A stretch of DNA of 63,996 nucleotides, the filler included, from Sphacelaria rigidula (lineage: Eukaryota): assembly GCA_964200075.2 (NCBI GenBank). It is 3 parts of 3 records of this genome, joined end to end, with 100 filler letters (N's around TTAATTAATTAA, not from the genome) between each part and the next. Parts side by side here need not be neighbours in the genome. Positions count along the whole stretch, not along the records: positions 21,498 to 42,860 come from CAXNAA020000428.1; positions 42,961 to 63,996 come from CAXNAA020000471.1; 1 more part is not named here. One strand, written 5' to 3'. Under the pieces are notes generated by a model. It ran no database searches. It saw nothing but the letters and a program-made list of their open reading frames with translations, and was not told where the DNA came from. Shown piece after piece: positions 38,901-51,300 of the stretch. The stretch's first letter is position 1; each line of letters starts with the position of its first letter. The position numbers and the translations under genes are program-made.

Positions 38901-41900
38901 ACACGCCCTAATCGTACCGTAGCTTGTTTGAGCGAAAATGCGGCGCAAAAAACTGCCATACAAAACGAACGCACGTCCAGGTCATATTAATAATACTCAT
39001 ACGAGCTGGGCTGGCAGTGAATCCCACATTCTCTCTCCTCACCACAACTCTTCGAATTTCCCAAATCAGCGCGACCTGAGCATATCGCTGTGAACTGCAG
39101 ACTAAGCTGGTGACATGAAGCACCGCCGCTGCTCAATTGGCGCACTTTTGGCGATGATGTCATTGTACTGCATTGAGTACCGAGTACATGCCAAGTCTTT
39201 GTGTGATAGCGTGTCTGGAGACGTTTCGTTTCAGAGAATGCGGGGGAATTACGATAGTAAATTCCGCCGCACAGGCAGGCGAACACCTGATATGCGCAGC
39301 CGAAAGCAGACTGACTGGTACTTTACTGCTGCAAGATGGGATCAAGGTCGTCAACAGCTCCATCATCATGCGAGAGAACCTCCGAGCCAAGTGTCGTGTA
39401 TCACCGCACGAGGGAGAAGTACTACTTGAAACTGCGCTATACCCCCTCCAGAGGCAATACCGTCACCGAAAAATCGAGGCTCTTTGCAACCCAGAGGTAC
39501 GAGAGATAATGCCCGATTAGTATGCACAAAAAAAGTTTTTGTCATGTCGGGATTCGAACTCGTGACCTGTGTAAGTTCGGGCTGTTGTAACAATTTGACC
39601 ACCGGGTTCACACAAAAAGTGCGACGCTAAGCCCAATTTTACGGATTTTCAAGGATGTGGTTGACGCGAGTGCCCGTATGTGTCGGAGCGTTGTCATCGT
39701 TGTTATCCATTTTTGAGGAAGTTAAAGCATTTTTCCTGTTTTTGCTGAAACTTAAACTCGCTCTTCCTCTTTTTTTTCATTCCCCGTGACACCACTCACA
39801 GGGTTTCGCGTATTGATAATGAAAATGTCGTGTCAAATTTTCAGCGCCCAACTCTTGAATTGCCAAAAAGCATCTCAATTCTTCGTTTCAAAATCACTGA
39901 TGGCCGGCCCAGCTCGTATTGTAGTGTGATGTGCCATGATGGAAACGTGTGCTCGACATTTCACATTTTCACACGTCGGACAGATGATGATCCGTCTGAA
40001 AATTAGTTTTTCTCAGTATAGTGATGGGGATCATGATCCGTATCATCTGACCCTACTTTTCCATGTTTGCTCCTTACGGTGCCGAACGCTGAGCATGCCG
40101 AGTAGTGCAAATGTTGCGCTTTGGCTTTACTGATGACTCCGCTGTCACATATTTTGTGTTTTTGGACCGACGCACTCGAGAGTCTTCTTTCATTAGTTGT
40201 TTCAGACAGATCATGATCTATCCGACGTATGCACATTTTAGCGCATGCCCCGGCACTTACAGGCACTCAGACTCCACGCCTGACACGTTCAGAGGAACCG
40301 TAGCCACAGTACACCAGGTAAGGCGCACTTTTCCCCAGAGGTGTTGGAGGGATATTGGCCGAGCAGCAGCCATCTGTCTGAAAGATTGCTTCGATTCTCT
40401 GCCAAAAGACGTCGGTTTGATGTGATGCATGTCCAACAACAGACAATGCTGCTCCAGTTTGGAATCGATTGACACCAAACCAAACATGTCATCAGCGAGC
40501 TGATGAAGAACTACAGTACCCTCCGGGCTATCTATACATGGGGTGCCGCATCGGACGCAGCGTATGGCGTGATCACCATGACCGAGAGAACAAGTATTAC
40601 ATACGAGTATAATATCAGGAGGCGGGGGATGCTATTTGTCGTTGGTTGCTAAAAGGCCAACTCTTATGGGAGCGTTCAGAATTTTATATTGCAATAATTT
40701 TGATCGACCTTTTTTTTCTTCCTTTGCCGTAGTTGTGTATTTTGTGCCCGTTCACCATGACGACGAAGAAGAAAAAAAAACTCCTCTGAAATTGTTGCAA
40801 AATAAAAATTTCAAACGCTCCCATAAGAGTTGGCCTAAGGTCCACCGCATCTTCTCGCTGCGGACTGTGGACTTGGAATTCGCTCGGACCCAAAACGCAC
40901 GAAAGGAACGAATTCGCACCGGACCGATTCCAGGTTTCTTTGGGGCTGAAAATATTATGATAAGACACGCCTCGAAAAGTGGTTTTGACAGATAGGTGGA
41001 GCCCACGACCGCTCGCCGAATGAGTATGAATGTTTCTGCTATCAACTATAATATCACGTAGCGAAGGTGATACAGTACGATACTACACGAGCACTGGATA
41101 GTGCATACTGCAATACTACTGTAAGCAATACCGAATGGACATGACGCCGTCTGCGGATTCCTCCACAAACAACCCCCCGCACTGTCAGCAAGTGCCGTAA
41201 ACTCCCTTTCACCCGACGATCTCTATGATACGATGCGTGGTACCAAACTTGTTCACGATTGTACTGTGACTTGTTTTCCTATCATAGGAAGTAGAGCGAG
41301 TCAAGTCCAACAGTGCAGTCAACGTCAAACAACTCTCAGTTACAGTACAGTACGGTGCCGTACTTGTATGCGGCGCGCCCGTGGAAGGTTTTGAGAAAAT
41401 GGAGTGCAAGTTTCTTTTGTCAATTTTCTCATCATCGTCTCGGGTGATATTCGTACAAAACAGACCGTATACACCATCACTATTATAAACATTACTCTTC
41501 AGCAAGGTCTTAACGTCTCAAACAAGGAAGCACAATCTAAACTCAAGACACGGACTACAACGAAAGGTGGTTGCGCAATTTCGCCGACCTTGTGACTTAC
41601 GGTTCGTAGCTTACACCCTGCGGCGTCGTTACCAGCCGGACCCACGGTCACCTCCAGTTTATCGACCCGGTCTTGCAGGCTGACAATGTCGCTCAGCGTT
41701 TTGGAACTCCAGCTTTCGGCGAACAGGAACACCTGGTTCAAGCAGGCCTCCACTGGCTGCGCGTATGATGGAGCGTCGGACTTGGAGCGTCGGCTCTTCA
41801 CAATGGCACAAGATATAACGCTCACGCACGTTTCTCGCAATTTGTCCAGCTCCAGTTTGTGGTTCTCCAGAACTTCCGACCTGGCAGTGATTGCCTTGAG

Positions 41901-42047
41901 CAGTCGGAACGACTCCGTGAAGGTGGGAAATTCTTTGCCGAAGTCACGTACAAATGCCACCCCTCCCACAGAAGACCCTATCCTTGTGGACAGCTCGGCA
42001 GCTTCAGATGCCACCTCCAGTCCCTCCACGGAAACATCGGCAACCAT
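23996..42047 (-). CDS. NLR-like protein: N-terminal helical domain + NB-ARC + about 25 TPR (42-aa) repeats
   Basis: Predicted exons, all joined by phase-0 introns: 42047-41601, 36805-34715, 34502-34419, 32185-32144, 31386-30748, 28257-27685, 27064-26555, 25899-25774, 25376-25251, 24655-24008 (or reading through to the stop at 23996). The TPR consensus VAxTLxELGRCxRExGxxxEAExxxRRALxIxExKLG continues in register across every TPR-array junction. The 3' end is uncertain. Confidence 0.9.
28400..30460 (+). mobile_element. Degenerate non-LTR retrotransposon (LINE): APE endonuclease and start of reverse transcriptase, in an NLR intron
   Basis: Frameshifted fragments LRIGSWNVCG, IQESW, GGVGFLVKE, GDFNARVG and SVLDYIVV are endonuclease motifs. 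KKGDKADPGNYRGITLLSTVGK, QAGFR and CVDHVYTL are early RT motifs. There are many stops and frameshifts. Confidence 0.9.
34715..36805 (-). CDS. NB-ARC (STAND NTPase) exon plus first TPR repeats
   Basis: P-loop GDSGSGKTT, RNBS-A-like FFCDGIVWLSIG, Walker B CLVVADDVCD, RNBS-B ILMTTR, RNBS-C VDKLSQQEAYALL and GLPL-equivalent CGRSPLDL, followed by TPRs. The exon is 697 codons between a CAG acceptor and a GTGAGA donor. Confidence 0.93.
38092..38908. mobile_element. PIF/Harbinger-type MITE (817 bp); related copies 21153-21397 and about 56110-56720
   Basis: The TIR is GGGCGTGTCTTAGCA / TGCGAAGACACGCCC with TAA on both sides. The internal sequence matches the other two copies. Confidence 0.85.
41601..42047 (-). 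CDS. First coding exon of the NLR-like gene; predicted helical bundle resembling the MLKL N-terminal domain
   Basis: 149 codons run from the ATG at 42047 to a strong GTAAGT donor in phase 0, compatible with the NB-ARC exon. The sequence is amphipathic-helical (FPTFTESFRLLKAITARSEVLENHKLELDKLRETC). Both the link to the NB-ARC exon and the domain call are inferred. Confidence 0.65.
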
Positions 42048-42796
42048 GAATATCGGACCAATACTGCGGCAAGACCTCGAGTTGCCTTTCAAGGGTAAAG
42101 ACAGCAAGTGGATCGAGCAAACTTCGAGTTTCAGTGCCTGCCTCTGCTTTCGGAAACTGCAGATCATGTGCTGTAGGGTATTACATACGGTTACTACCTG
42201 ACAGCACGGGTTCCTCGGACCTGTAAAGTGGAAGATTTGGCTATACTTTCGTTACATGAAACATGATGATATCCGATAACCAAGACCTTGGGAATGCTTT
42301 CCATCAAGTTGAGTTGTAAATTTGGTGGTGGGGACGTTCGCCTTATATGATGGCTCGTACAGGGGGGGCAGTCAGTAGTGATAGGGTGGCAATATGTTGA
42401 TTTTTCATCAACGGCTCAGGAATTGCACAGAAGGTGAGGTTTAAACGGTCGTACAGAACAGCAGCATCTTTGTTGTTCTCTACTTGCTGCCTGTAAGAAT
42501 GTTACGTATACATGACAAGCAGATAATGATGTAGACGGCGCTTGATGTTACGACAGCAAGCCGTTCCATGCTTGTTCGTTTGGCAATGCTGTACTGCACT
42601 ACTGTTGTGTAAGCAGCACCCACAACAACAGTGAGTGTCCGATCCCATGGAACTGATTCAATGGTTGGGAGCTAATATCCACGAGCATTGTCTTCGAGGA
42701 CAAGTGTAGGAGTAAAATAGTAGTACTACTCGTACAGAGTATGAGTATCAATTTTGTATGACACGAGAATGTTGAACGGTTGTAGGTACAGTACAT

Positions 42797-42860
42797 GTTG
42801 TTGTTGTTGTTGTTGTTGTCTTCACATTAAAAACCGTTCCGATATCTGCGCGGTACATTG
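42797..42860 (-). mobile_element. 3' end of a non-LTR retroelement with (CAA)n tail; second copy at about 5174-5225 on the plus strand
   Basis: The reverse complement, ATGTACCGCGCAGATATCGGAACGGTTTTTAATGTGAAGACAACAACAAC, matches 5174-5225 ATGTACCGCGCAGATATCGGAACGGCTTTCAATGTGAAGACAACGACAAC. Confidence 0.7.
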
Positions 42861-42960
42861 NNNNNNNNNNNNNNNNNNNNNNNNNNNNNNNNNNNNNNNN
42901 NNNNTTAATTAATTAANNNNNNNNNNNNNNNNNNNNNNNNNNNNNNNNNNNNNNNNNNNN
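42861..42960. other. Artificial contig spacer
   Basis: Identical N/TTAATTAATTAA/N linker. Confidence 0.97.
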
Positions 42961-45326
42961 ACTGCTTGCAGGAAACCAAAACCCAGTTGTTGTGGGGATG
43001 GTGAGAACTGAAAGGGGGTGGGGCGTGCCAAACTCTGCACGACCCACTCCAAAACACCATCGAGAAGATGCACCGCACCTCGTCGTCACATTCTATCCGC
43101 CATGTCGACAGCTCGGGCTACTCTATTCGTCCCCCAACCGTCCCCAAGCATCCAATCAGATAGTCCTAGCCAAAAGATATATTTCAGACTCTTGGCCCTC
43201 TCGCATCCACATCAACATAGTCTGTGCAATTTCCCTGCATCAACCTGTCTGTAACAACCTCAATCATGTCTGTGTCAATCCTTTGCAGACTCATCAAAGA
43301 CTCCCCAGTGCGGTACTGCAGTCATACTCAACTATACCTCTGATAACACCCCCTTTGACCTACATCACTGTATTTTACCAGCTATGTTTCCATCGAATGA
43401 TCCACTGAATTCTGAGCTCACCACAAATTTACCCTTTGTGCACAGCCGCTCAGAACAAAGCAGCGCCTGGGGGCACGCAACCCAAGTGCATGTTGTCACT
43501 TGCTTACAGGAGGAAAAGTAGTATGCGCACCGATTTTTTTGAATTTGCCATCTTCGACCTCGAAACACGCTACTGATCCTCAACCCAAAAGTGCCGATCG
43601 CGCAACGCGAACAACTCGGCAACGAAGCGGGCGATTGGATTGCGGTTTCTTGCGTGCGCTCCCCACACACCCAAGCTATGTCGCCTAGTTTGGTTTTTGC
43701 GTTTGCGCATGATGCTGACTCGCAAATGACCTATATATACTAAAATAAGGTGCTTTTCGCTCTGGGAGGGGATTTTCGTGCCGCTGACGCAACGCCAGCA
43801 AAACATCAAACTAGGTCCCCTAGATCTTGTGTGTACGCGGGGGGCTGTCAAGTGCCGTGGACCGGCTTGCTTCCTGTGTCGAGAACCGCGCGATTTCCAG
43901 TGCTACAGCTTTCCCATACTACACCAACTTAATAAGTGATGAAGCGTGTGTCCAGTTCGTGAGGGCCTCGGCACAGGTCCGACCACCTACCGACGTATTC
44001 ATTATTCCTCCGCGTTATTTCTTATTTCAAATCTTGCGCCGATTTTTGGTCGTTAGGGTCCCCATTCCTACCCATAACTGTCTTCGAAAACACTCGGTGT
44101 ACACGGACCGAGGCCCAGTGGCCTTTGGAGTTGGAGCGTAAAATTTGGTATGGAAAATGCAGAAAGCACAATAAAAAAACAGAAGCACAAGAAGTTTTTT
44201 TCGTGAGTTAATGGCATGGTACTGATACCTGAACACTGATATTTGCCCTCAACTCACCAAAAACAAAAACTTATGGTGCTTCTGTAATTTTTTCCATGCC
44301 CATGACTGTCCATACCAATTTTTACGCTCCAACCAAGGGTCTTTCGAGAAGACAAACTCTGACACGGAGCCCCCTCCCCTCCCGGAAGACGATTTTTCGA
44401 GAATGGCCATGATTTCTGACATTTTTTTCGTGAATTTCTTGTGAATTTGTTCATTTATTCGTCAAGATTGTGGAAAGGGCCTCCGGGAACGAAGACAGTA
44501 ACTTCCGCGTTTTTGCTCCTTGCCCGCCCTGTCCCGATGACCTCGGATGCCGGCAACGCTCACACACATCCATGTACAACACACGAGCGCACGGTAGCAA
44601 CAGCCTGTAGCCGAAGTAGCAACATTATCTCACGCATCGCCAAGTTTTCCCGGGCTAATAACTGTAGGTAGTCGAGACACACGACAAGGAACATGATCCC
44701 ATAAATGTAATATGGTAGGTGATGAGCTGGGAGGGGCGGTGTGCCCATCACCTCAGTGGTCTCCATGCCAAGGATATCTGTACACAGCAGCTGGCCGCAT
44801 CCGCCAACGCCTGGGTGTCCCCCTCCTAACCCCGTGCTTCGTCTCCAAATGGATGCGTGGTTCATGGTCAAACGACCAAAGTAAGCAACAAATGAGTATG
44901 TCTCCCCCTCCCTCTTCCCCGTAACAACTTGGATTTTCGATATTGGGGCCTACGTGTCCCGAAATATATCTTCGACAGACCATTGCTCCAACCCCAAATA
45001 TTGGCCGGCGCATTCGCCCTTCAAAACCGGATCAGTAGAAATTCGTTTTTTTTTTCACTTTATTACACATCTTCTTGTGTCTGTTCCCTTTCTCCAGTTT
45101 CCGTCAGCGAGTGTTTCAATTTCGTTCACCTCGGTCACATACATCACTTGTCACCACGCCTCGATTCCTCGGACATGAGTTCACGCGCGACAATCAATGA
45201 ATCAATCACCGTCACTTCAAAGGGGCTACTTCGTTAAATGAGTCGCTCAAAACAACTCCTTGTCAACCGTGCGATCGCCAGCATGTGTAATACGCCACAC
45301 AAACACTCCGACAGTGCTATTTCCTT

Positions 45327-48300
45327 TTATACGGGCGGATTCATCAGGGGTCCATCAGGCTGAGTTTTCGTCTTCACCCGCACCTTAACGGGAGCCTCCC
45401 TGACGAGATCGGCTAGCGGACGGTGGTCGTCAGTGAACGGCTTGACCTCCACCTTGGGCAGGTGCTTCGTGTCGGTGATATCGTCGATGTTTACCATGCC
45501 GGAGCGCGCCACGTCCCAAGGGTCACTTGACGCCTGCAAGAAGAATAGGACAACCACCCACCGGAAACAAAGATGGGGAGCGACGAATGAACATCGACAA
45601 GGCCCACAAAACATCCCTCGCCGCACATACGGAGGTGCCTGGTGAGTTCGTCATACCGCTGATGATGGGATACACAGTCAAAGAGTGTACTGCACACAGT
45701 ATCAGCGCCTATTGCAACAGACAATAGATTTCATACTGTACGCAGTACATTTTTTTACAAGAGAATCTTTTGTCAAGGCTGTGGAGTTTGCTGACATTCC
45801 TGTGCTTCCACATGTAGACATGTCGGTTAAATTTTCGAGGGAGCGGCACGGACAGTAAATCGCACGAAAAATTTGCCAAGTTACTCGTCATACCGTGACT
45901 GACACCGAGGCCACAGATTATTATTACCCATGCCTTCGTTGCATGAGAATACGCGGGCGACACAGCGGCGTCAGATGATATGACTGGTGACCGTGCCCTA
46001 GCCCTGCGTCAGGGCTTGCTTCCTCAGCAGACGTGTACAAGGATAGTTGATGAACTTACTCTACAGCCACGAATACAACCAGCGGAGTGGATCTTTGTGT
46101 CCTCTTGCTGACGTAGACTACCTCGACGCTGAAGTAATTAACTGCACAAGGAGGCCAACGAAGCACTTCCATCACACAAAGTAGCCATGACATACACACA
46201 TAAACCAGTCAGAAGTGACCAGGGCACGGGGCTTCTGCATGCAAGATCTACCTTAAAAAAGCCCGTAACAGCCATCCACACCCACAACCACAGGAGGTTC
46301 CGTGACAGCAAGCGTCACACGGCATATTTTGGGCAACAAAGCACCAAGAACGAGGATATCCAAAAAACGCGCTTCAGAACAGCCGAAGCACAGCAGGTGC
46401 TGATCGTTTACGCAAAAAGATTGAAATACAAGAAAGCGATACTCAAACAAAACGGACCTTCGGGTCGATGATGCTCAATTCTCTACCCGTCGTCTGCTCT
46501 CCCGACCCCGCTGCCCCCGCCCCATACAACCCTTGCTGGGCTCCGACACCACCGCCTCCCACTGCCAGGCCTTGCTGCATCTGACCCTGGCCCTGTCCCC
46601 CGTAGCCACTGCCGGAGTACCCCCCTCCCCCTTCCGATTCTCCTGGGAAGCCGAAGCCATGCTGCTGGGGCTGTTGGGGAGGAGGGTTGGTATATGGCTG
46701 TGTTTGTTGAGATGGTAACGGGAATCCCGATTCGTCATATTGCTGCGTCAGGAGGAACGGACGGACGTGAAAGCGGGAAAGGGGGTCTGGGAAGATGAGT
46801 GGGATCCTGATCGGAGTGATGAACGGATGGTGTCATGTTCGACGAAACAAAACATTTTTTTTTCGCCTTCTAATTACTTTTATGCCTATACGATGCCCCC
46901 CTCTTCCCCTCCGTCAACCCCGCGAACAAAGATGACGTTGCCCATATAGCAATTTCGAGGCACAAGTCAGAACAGAGAAAACAATTACCGAAGGCTTCAT
47001 GATTGATTTAATGATTGCGGCACATTTAAATCAACTCATCTGCTTTCAGTTTAGACGGGGTCACAAGATACCCGTACCCAAGTAGGTTTTCGCTTTCCAT
47101 GAGAATTTCTTCTTGTCACCATGCTCCTCATTTTTTTTAATGCTCAAAGATGATAATTATGCGCCGCTTTATGCGTATCATGGTGGAATATATGCGACTT
47201 ATGCGTCTTTTTCGCGTCCTTGTTGCGGCGGTTTCTGAGGGCACCCCTCATGTAACATACCTGCCCGCATAAAAACAAGATGGCACACTAAACATTCCGA
47301 GAATTCACGTTTGCTCGGAAGAAGGGCTCGCTCGTTTTTACATTTCAGTTATATTTACTTTTTCACTCAACACAAACACAAGCGTCACGATTCTACGAGC
47401 TACGCCATATGGAGCACCTGTTGGCAGCTACTAGCTACTGGGCAGAGGGTGCATAATCCCGTTGGAGTATTGGATGCGCCAAGATGTGCAAAAACTTGGC
47501 TTTTATGCCTTAGTTATGCTGAAATATCCAAAATCATACGTTTTGAAACAAAACGATTAAGGTTTAGCGCAAAACCCCATTTGATACCGAATTATATGGG
47601 CGCATAAGAAGCAAGAGCCTACACCCAAGAACACCCCATGGTCTGATATACGTGTGTATATTATCATATATCTGTAAAATGTCATGCGTCGGGGAAAGAA
47701 ACTGACCTGATATCCGGCCTGATCGAAGGGGTTGTCATGATGAGGCGCTGAGGACTGCTGCTGCTGCATGTATTGCAGTTGCTGCGGCTGCTGCATGCCA
47801 GCATTCATTTCCATCGCCTGCACGGTGAAGGGGGCATCAGAAAACGTGTTCAACCCTTGCGACGAACATTCTCCGATTTCCAGGCCATGCGCCTCAACAT
47901 TTTTCCACATCATCGTGGTTCAGAAGGAAGGGATACTGAAAAAACATCATCTGCGCCGATAGAAGGCGAATCAACGACGCACCGCGTCCATATTCCGGTA
48001 TCACCCTCTCCAGATTTCTTAGCCGTAAAGAGGGTAGAGGGGCGAGGGGAGGTTGGGGGGGTGTAATCCAGATCCAACCACAGCGTATAGCTACCAACTC
48101 TCGAGACACGAGAAGCTCTAGATCTCCACTGTGAGAGCGACCGTGCATAAACCGAAACGGATCGATGCGCGCTCACACGGCCAACTGGTACGACACGGAA
48201 CAAAACGAATCTAGCTTTGCAGCTGCCAACTTGCCCGGGAAACGATTGCCATTGTACAGGCTGGTTCACGAAAAACAAATTCCGTCTTCAATATGCGCCC

Positions 48301-51300
48301 AAATAGTCGCATACATGGTATCATACTGACCGCAATGAACAGACGAAGAGGGTGACATAGCCGGATCTTTGTTCAAGGCTATAGCGGTGGCGCTGTGGAC
48401 AAAAATGTGTCTCGACCAATCAACGCCTTCCAAACTGTTCCGAAATTGAAAATACGAACTCCAAGCCCAATTCTCATTGAATCTCCTCATGCTTCAAATC
48501 GTAGTGACCGTCATCGCCTATAGAATCTAACGAACGAAACGGATTTGAAAACGATTCCAATAGGGTCGAATTATACCCGAAACCGTAATGTTTCGGTGAT
48601 GTGGAGTTTGGCATCGTCTAATTTCCACCCATGATACGCAGGAAAGACTGAGGGAGCCTCGTGACGACTCCCGTTATATCTGTTGTAGAAAAGCTCACAT
48701 CATCCTCAAACTTGGCAGTTCCTCAGGTATTGATGCTCCAAATGGAAAAATTGTGTTCTTGACAAGGGTTCAAAGGTTTTCCGTTCTCTACCGGCTTCCG
48801 GGGGTCTCGATACAAAGACCCGCGGAAGGCGGTACAGAATGACTCAAAAGAAATAATAATAACAGGATGCGTCCTGCGATGGTCCAAGGAACACCTGTAC
48901 GAAGTTTGGTGGATAAAATCGAATATCTCGTACAATTTTTCCTGCTTTGACGTAATTCACCCTGAAAGATGTTTGCATACTCAAACCAAGTAGTCAGGAG
49001 TTTGTACCTTTCAAGCTCACATCCTCACACAATCGCGCAAATCTCCACGCATTTATTAGGAGTTAGACCCTGAAACTTCGCACAAATGTGCTGTGAATAA
49101 GTTTTGACCAACGAGGATTTTCGTTTATTTTCTTGAATTTTTACCGTCTTTCGGGGGTCCGACGGGATCCAAGTCGTTTCTTCGAAGTCGTCCATTGTGG
49201 TACCCCGGAAAAACGGCACTACAGTCTTTTCTTTGTTCTTTCACGAACGCTCTGTCGCCGCAAAACCTGAGGAAGAACCCCACAAAGTTTCGTGGCCAAA
49301 CTCGATTAACTGTTGCTTGAATTTTCATGGTCACGTCAAAGTAGGCCCAAAAGCTTTGTTTTCCTACTAAAATCTAGTAGTTTGCGGTTTCACCGTGGCA
49401 CGGCAAGGGTCATTGCACAAAAGCGAGAAACTTTACGACGTTTCAAGGCCGCTCCTTATAATAGACGAAAATCAAAATCTGAGAAAGTGCTTTTTTGGAG
49501 CTTTTACGTCGTTTTACGCCCCAAAAGAGAGGTAGGCGGAGTTTGTTGCCTCAGAATGGCTTGCTCTATTAATTGAGGCGGTTGCAGGACATCTTCCCGT
49601 TTTCCGGTGGCCGCAGTTTTCATCTTAGCCAAACAATAATTTTCGTCCGAGAAGGGTGAAAAACAGTCAAATAACAAAAAAATGCCAATTTTCTCTGGAC
49701 TTGACTGTTTTTTAGCGTCCTCGGACAAATAAAAAATGTTCGGCCAAAATAAGAACTGCGGCCACCGGGAAACGGGAAGATGTCTTCGAACCGCCTCAAC
49801 TAGTAAAGCAAGTCATTCAAAGGTGTCAAACTCCGCCTAGCTCTCTTTTGGGGCGTAAAACGACGTGAAAGCTCCATAAAGGCACTTTTCCAGGTTTGTG
49901 TTGTTGTGTTGTAAGGAGCGGTCTAAGGAGTTAGACCCTGAAATTCTGCACAACTGCGCTATGGGTCATTACGCAACTTTGGATGGACGAGGTCTTTTGG
50001 TTTTTTCCGTTTTACGGGGGTCCGAGTGGATTGAAGTTTCCACGAAAAAACTGTAACCCCGGAAAAACGGTGAAAATAGTCAATAAGTAACAAAACCTCG
50101 ACCTTGGAAAGTTGCATAATGACCCATAAAACAGGAGGGTCTAACTCCTTAAAACGGCGTGAAATTTTGCTCATGAGTGGTTTCGGGGTTTTTTTCCGTG
50201 AGGCAGCCTGTAGGCCATTCTTGCAGCTGCTGCAATTCCCTACAGAGCACTGTGTTCTTCTAATAATCATACATTCGCTAACGGCCACAGACAATAAAAA
50301 CAGGGCGGGGGAACTGGGATACATGTTGTGCTCGTAACATGATCCGCCCTTTCCAGCAAACCCACCTGGACGGGGAGCAGCTTTACAAAAGTGCAAATTG
50401 TTACCTACGCATAGCCCTTGTCAACAGCCGACGTTGGGTGTCGTGCACCCCACGTGTGTCAATTCAAGTGTGCTTGCGTTGACGAAGTCCTTTTATACTC
50501 GAGCGAGTGCGATAGCACCTGACTGGGTGAGCACAACTATCTCGTCTCGGGATCACCACGTTGAACGCTAGGTTTTCTCGATTCCGATGTCCTCTACAAC
50601 ATTTGCATTCTCGAGACGGTGTAGAAAATTACCAGTCAATCGGATTTTACAGAGCAAATGTTGCGTAAACCAAGTGAAATTCTCGGCCATTAAACACATA
50701 CCACAGGGTCACCGCTGCCATCGAGACTCTTCGCCCATCTCCCACTCGGCGTCACCACGCATCCACACGCCACTACCTTCGCCGACCAGCACATCGCCCC
50801 CGATCTGAACGCACGTTTTCGTCAACCGACACACGCACATCTACCCCCAACACAAGCAACCGAACCCTTCCGCTCGCTCACCCCGAACTCCATCCCAAGC
50901 TGCAGCACAGCAGCGGCGTCGTTTTGCCCCCCTCCTTGGGCCGGTCCGAACCCGCCGTTACCGCCAACCACACCATACCCGTCACCTGGACCGTGCGGTT
51001 CTGGGGCGTTGCCGTTTGCGGATCGACCCGCCCCGGCATACTTAGCATTGAGGGGATCGAACGTCGACTCGGGCACGTTGAGATCGAAACCCTTGACCTT
51101 TTCGATTTCAAAGACAACATGAACCATGGCAAGATCGTCGAGTTAGATCGAATACAGTGAGCAGGACACCACATCGGTGTGAACGAACACTCAAAATGGG
51201 ATTTTCGAGGCAAGAGTACTGGCTGAGAATCTGTATCTATACCAATTATTTATTTCACCGATCTGATACTTTTCGTACAAAACTGGTGGTGCACAAACTG

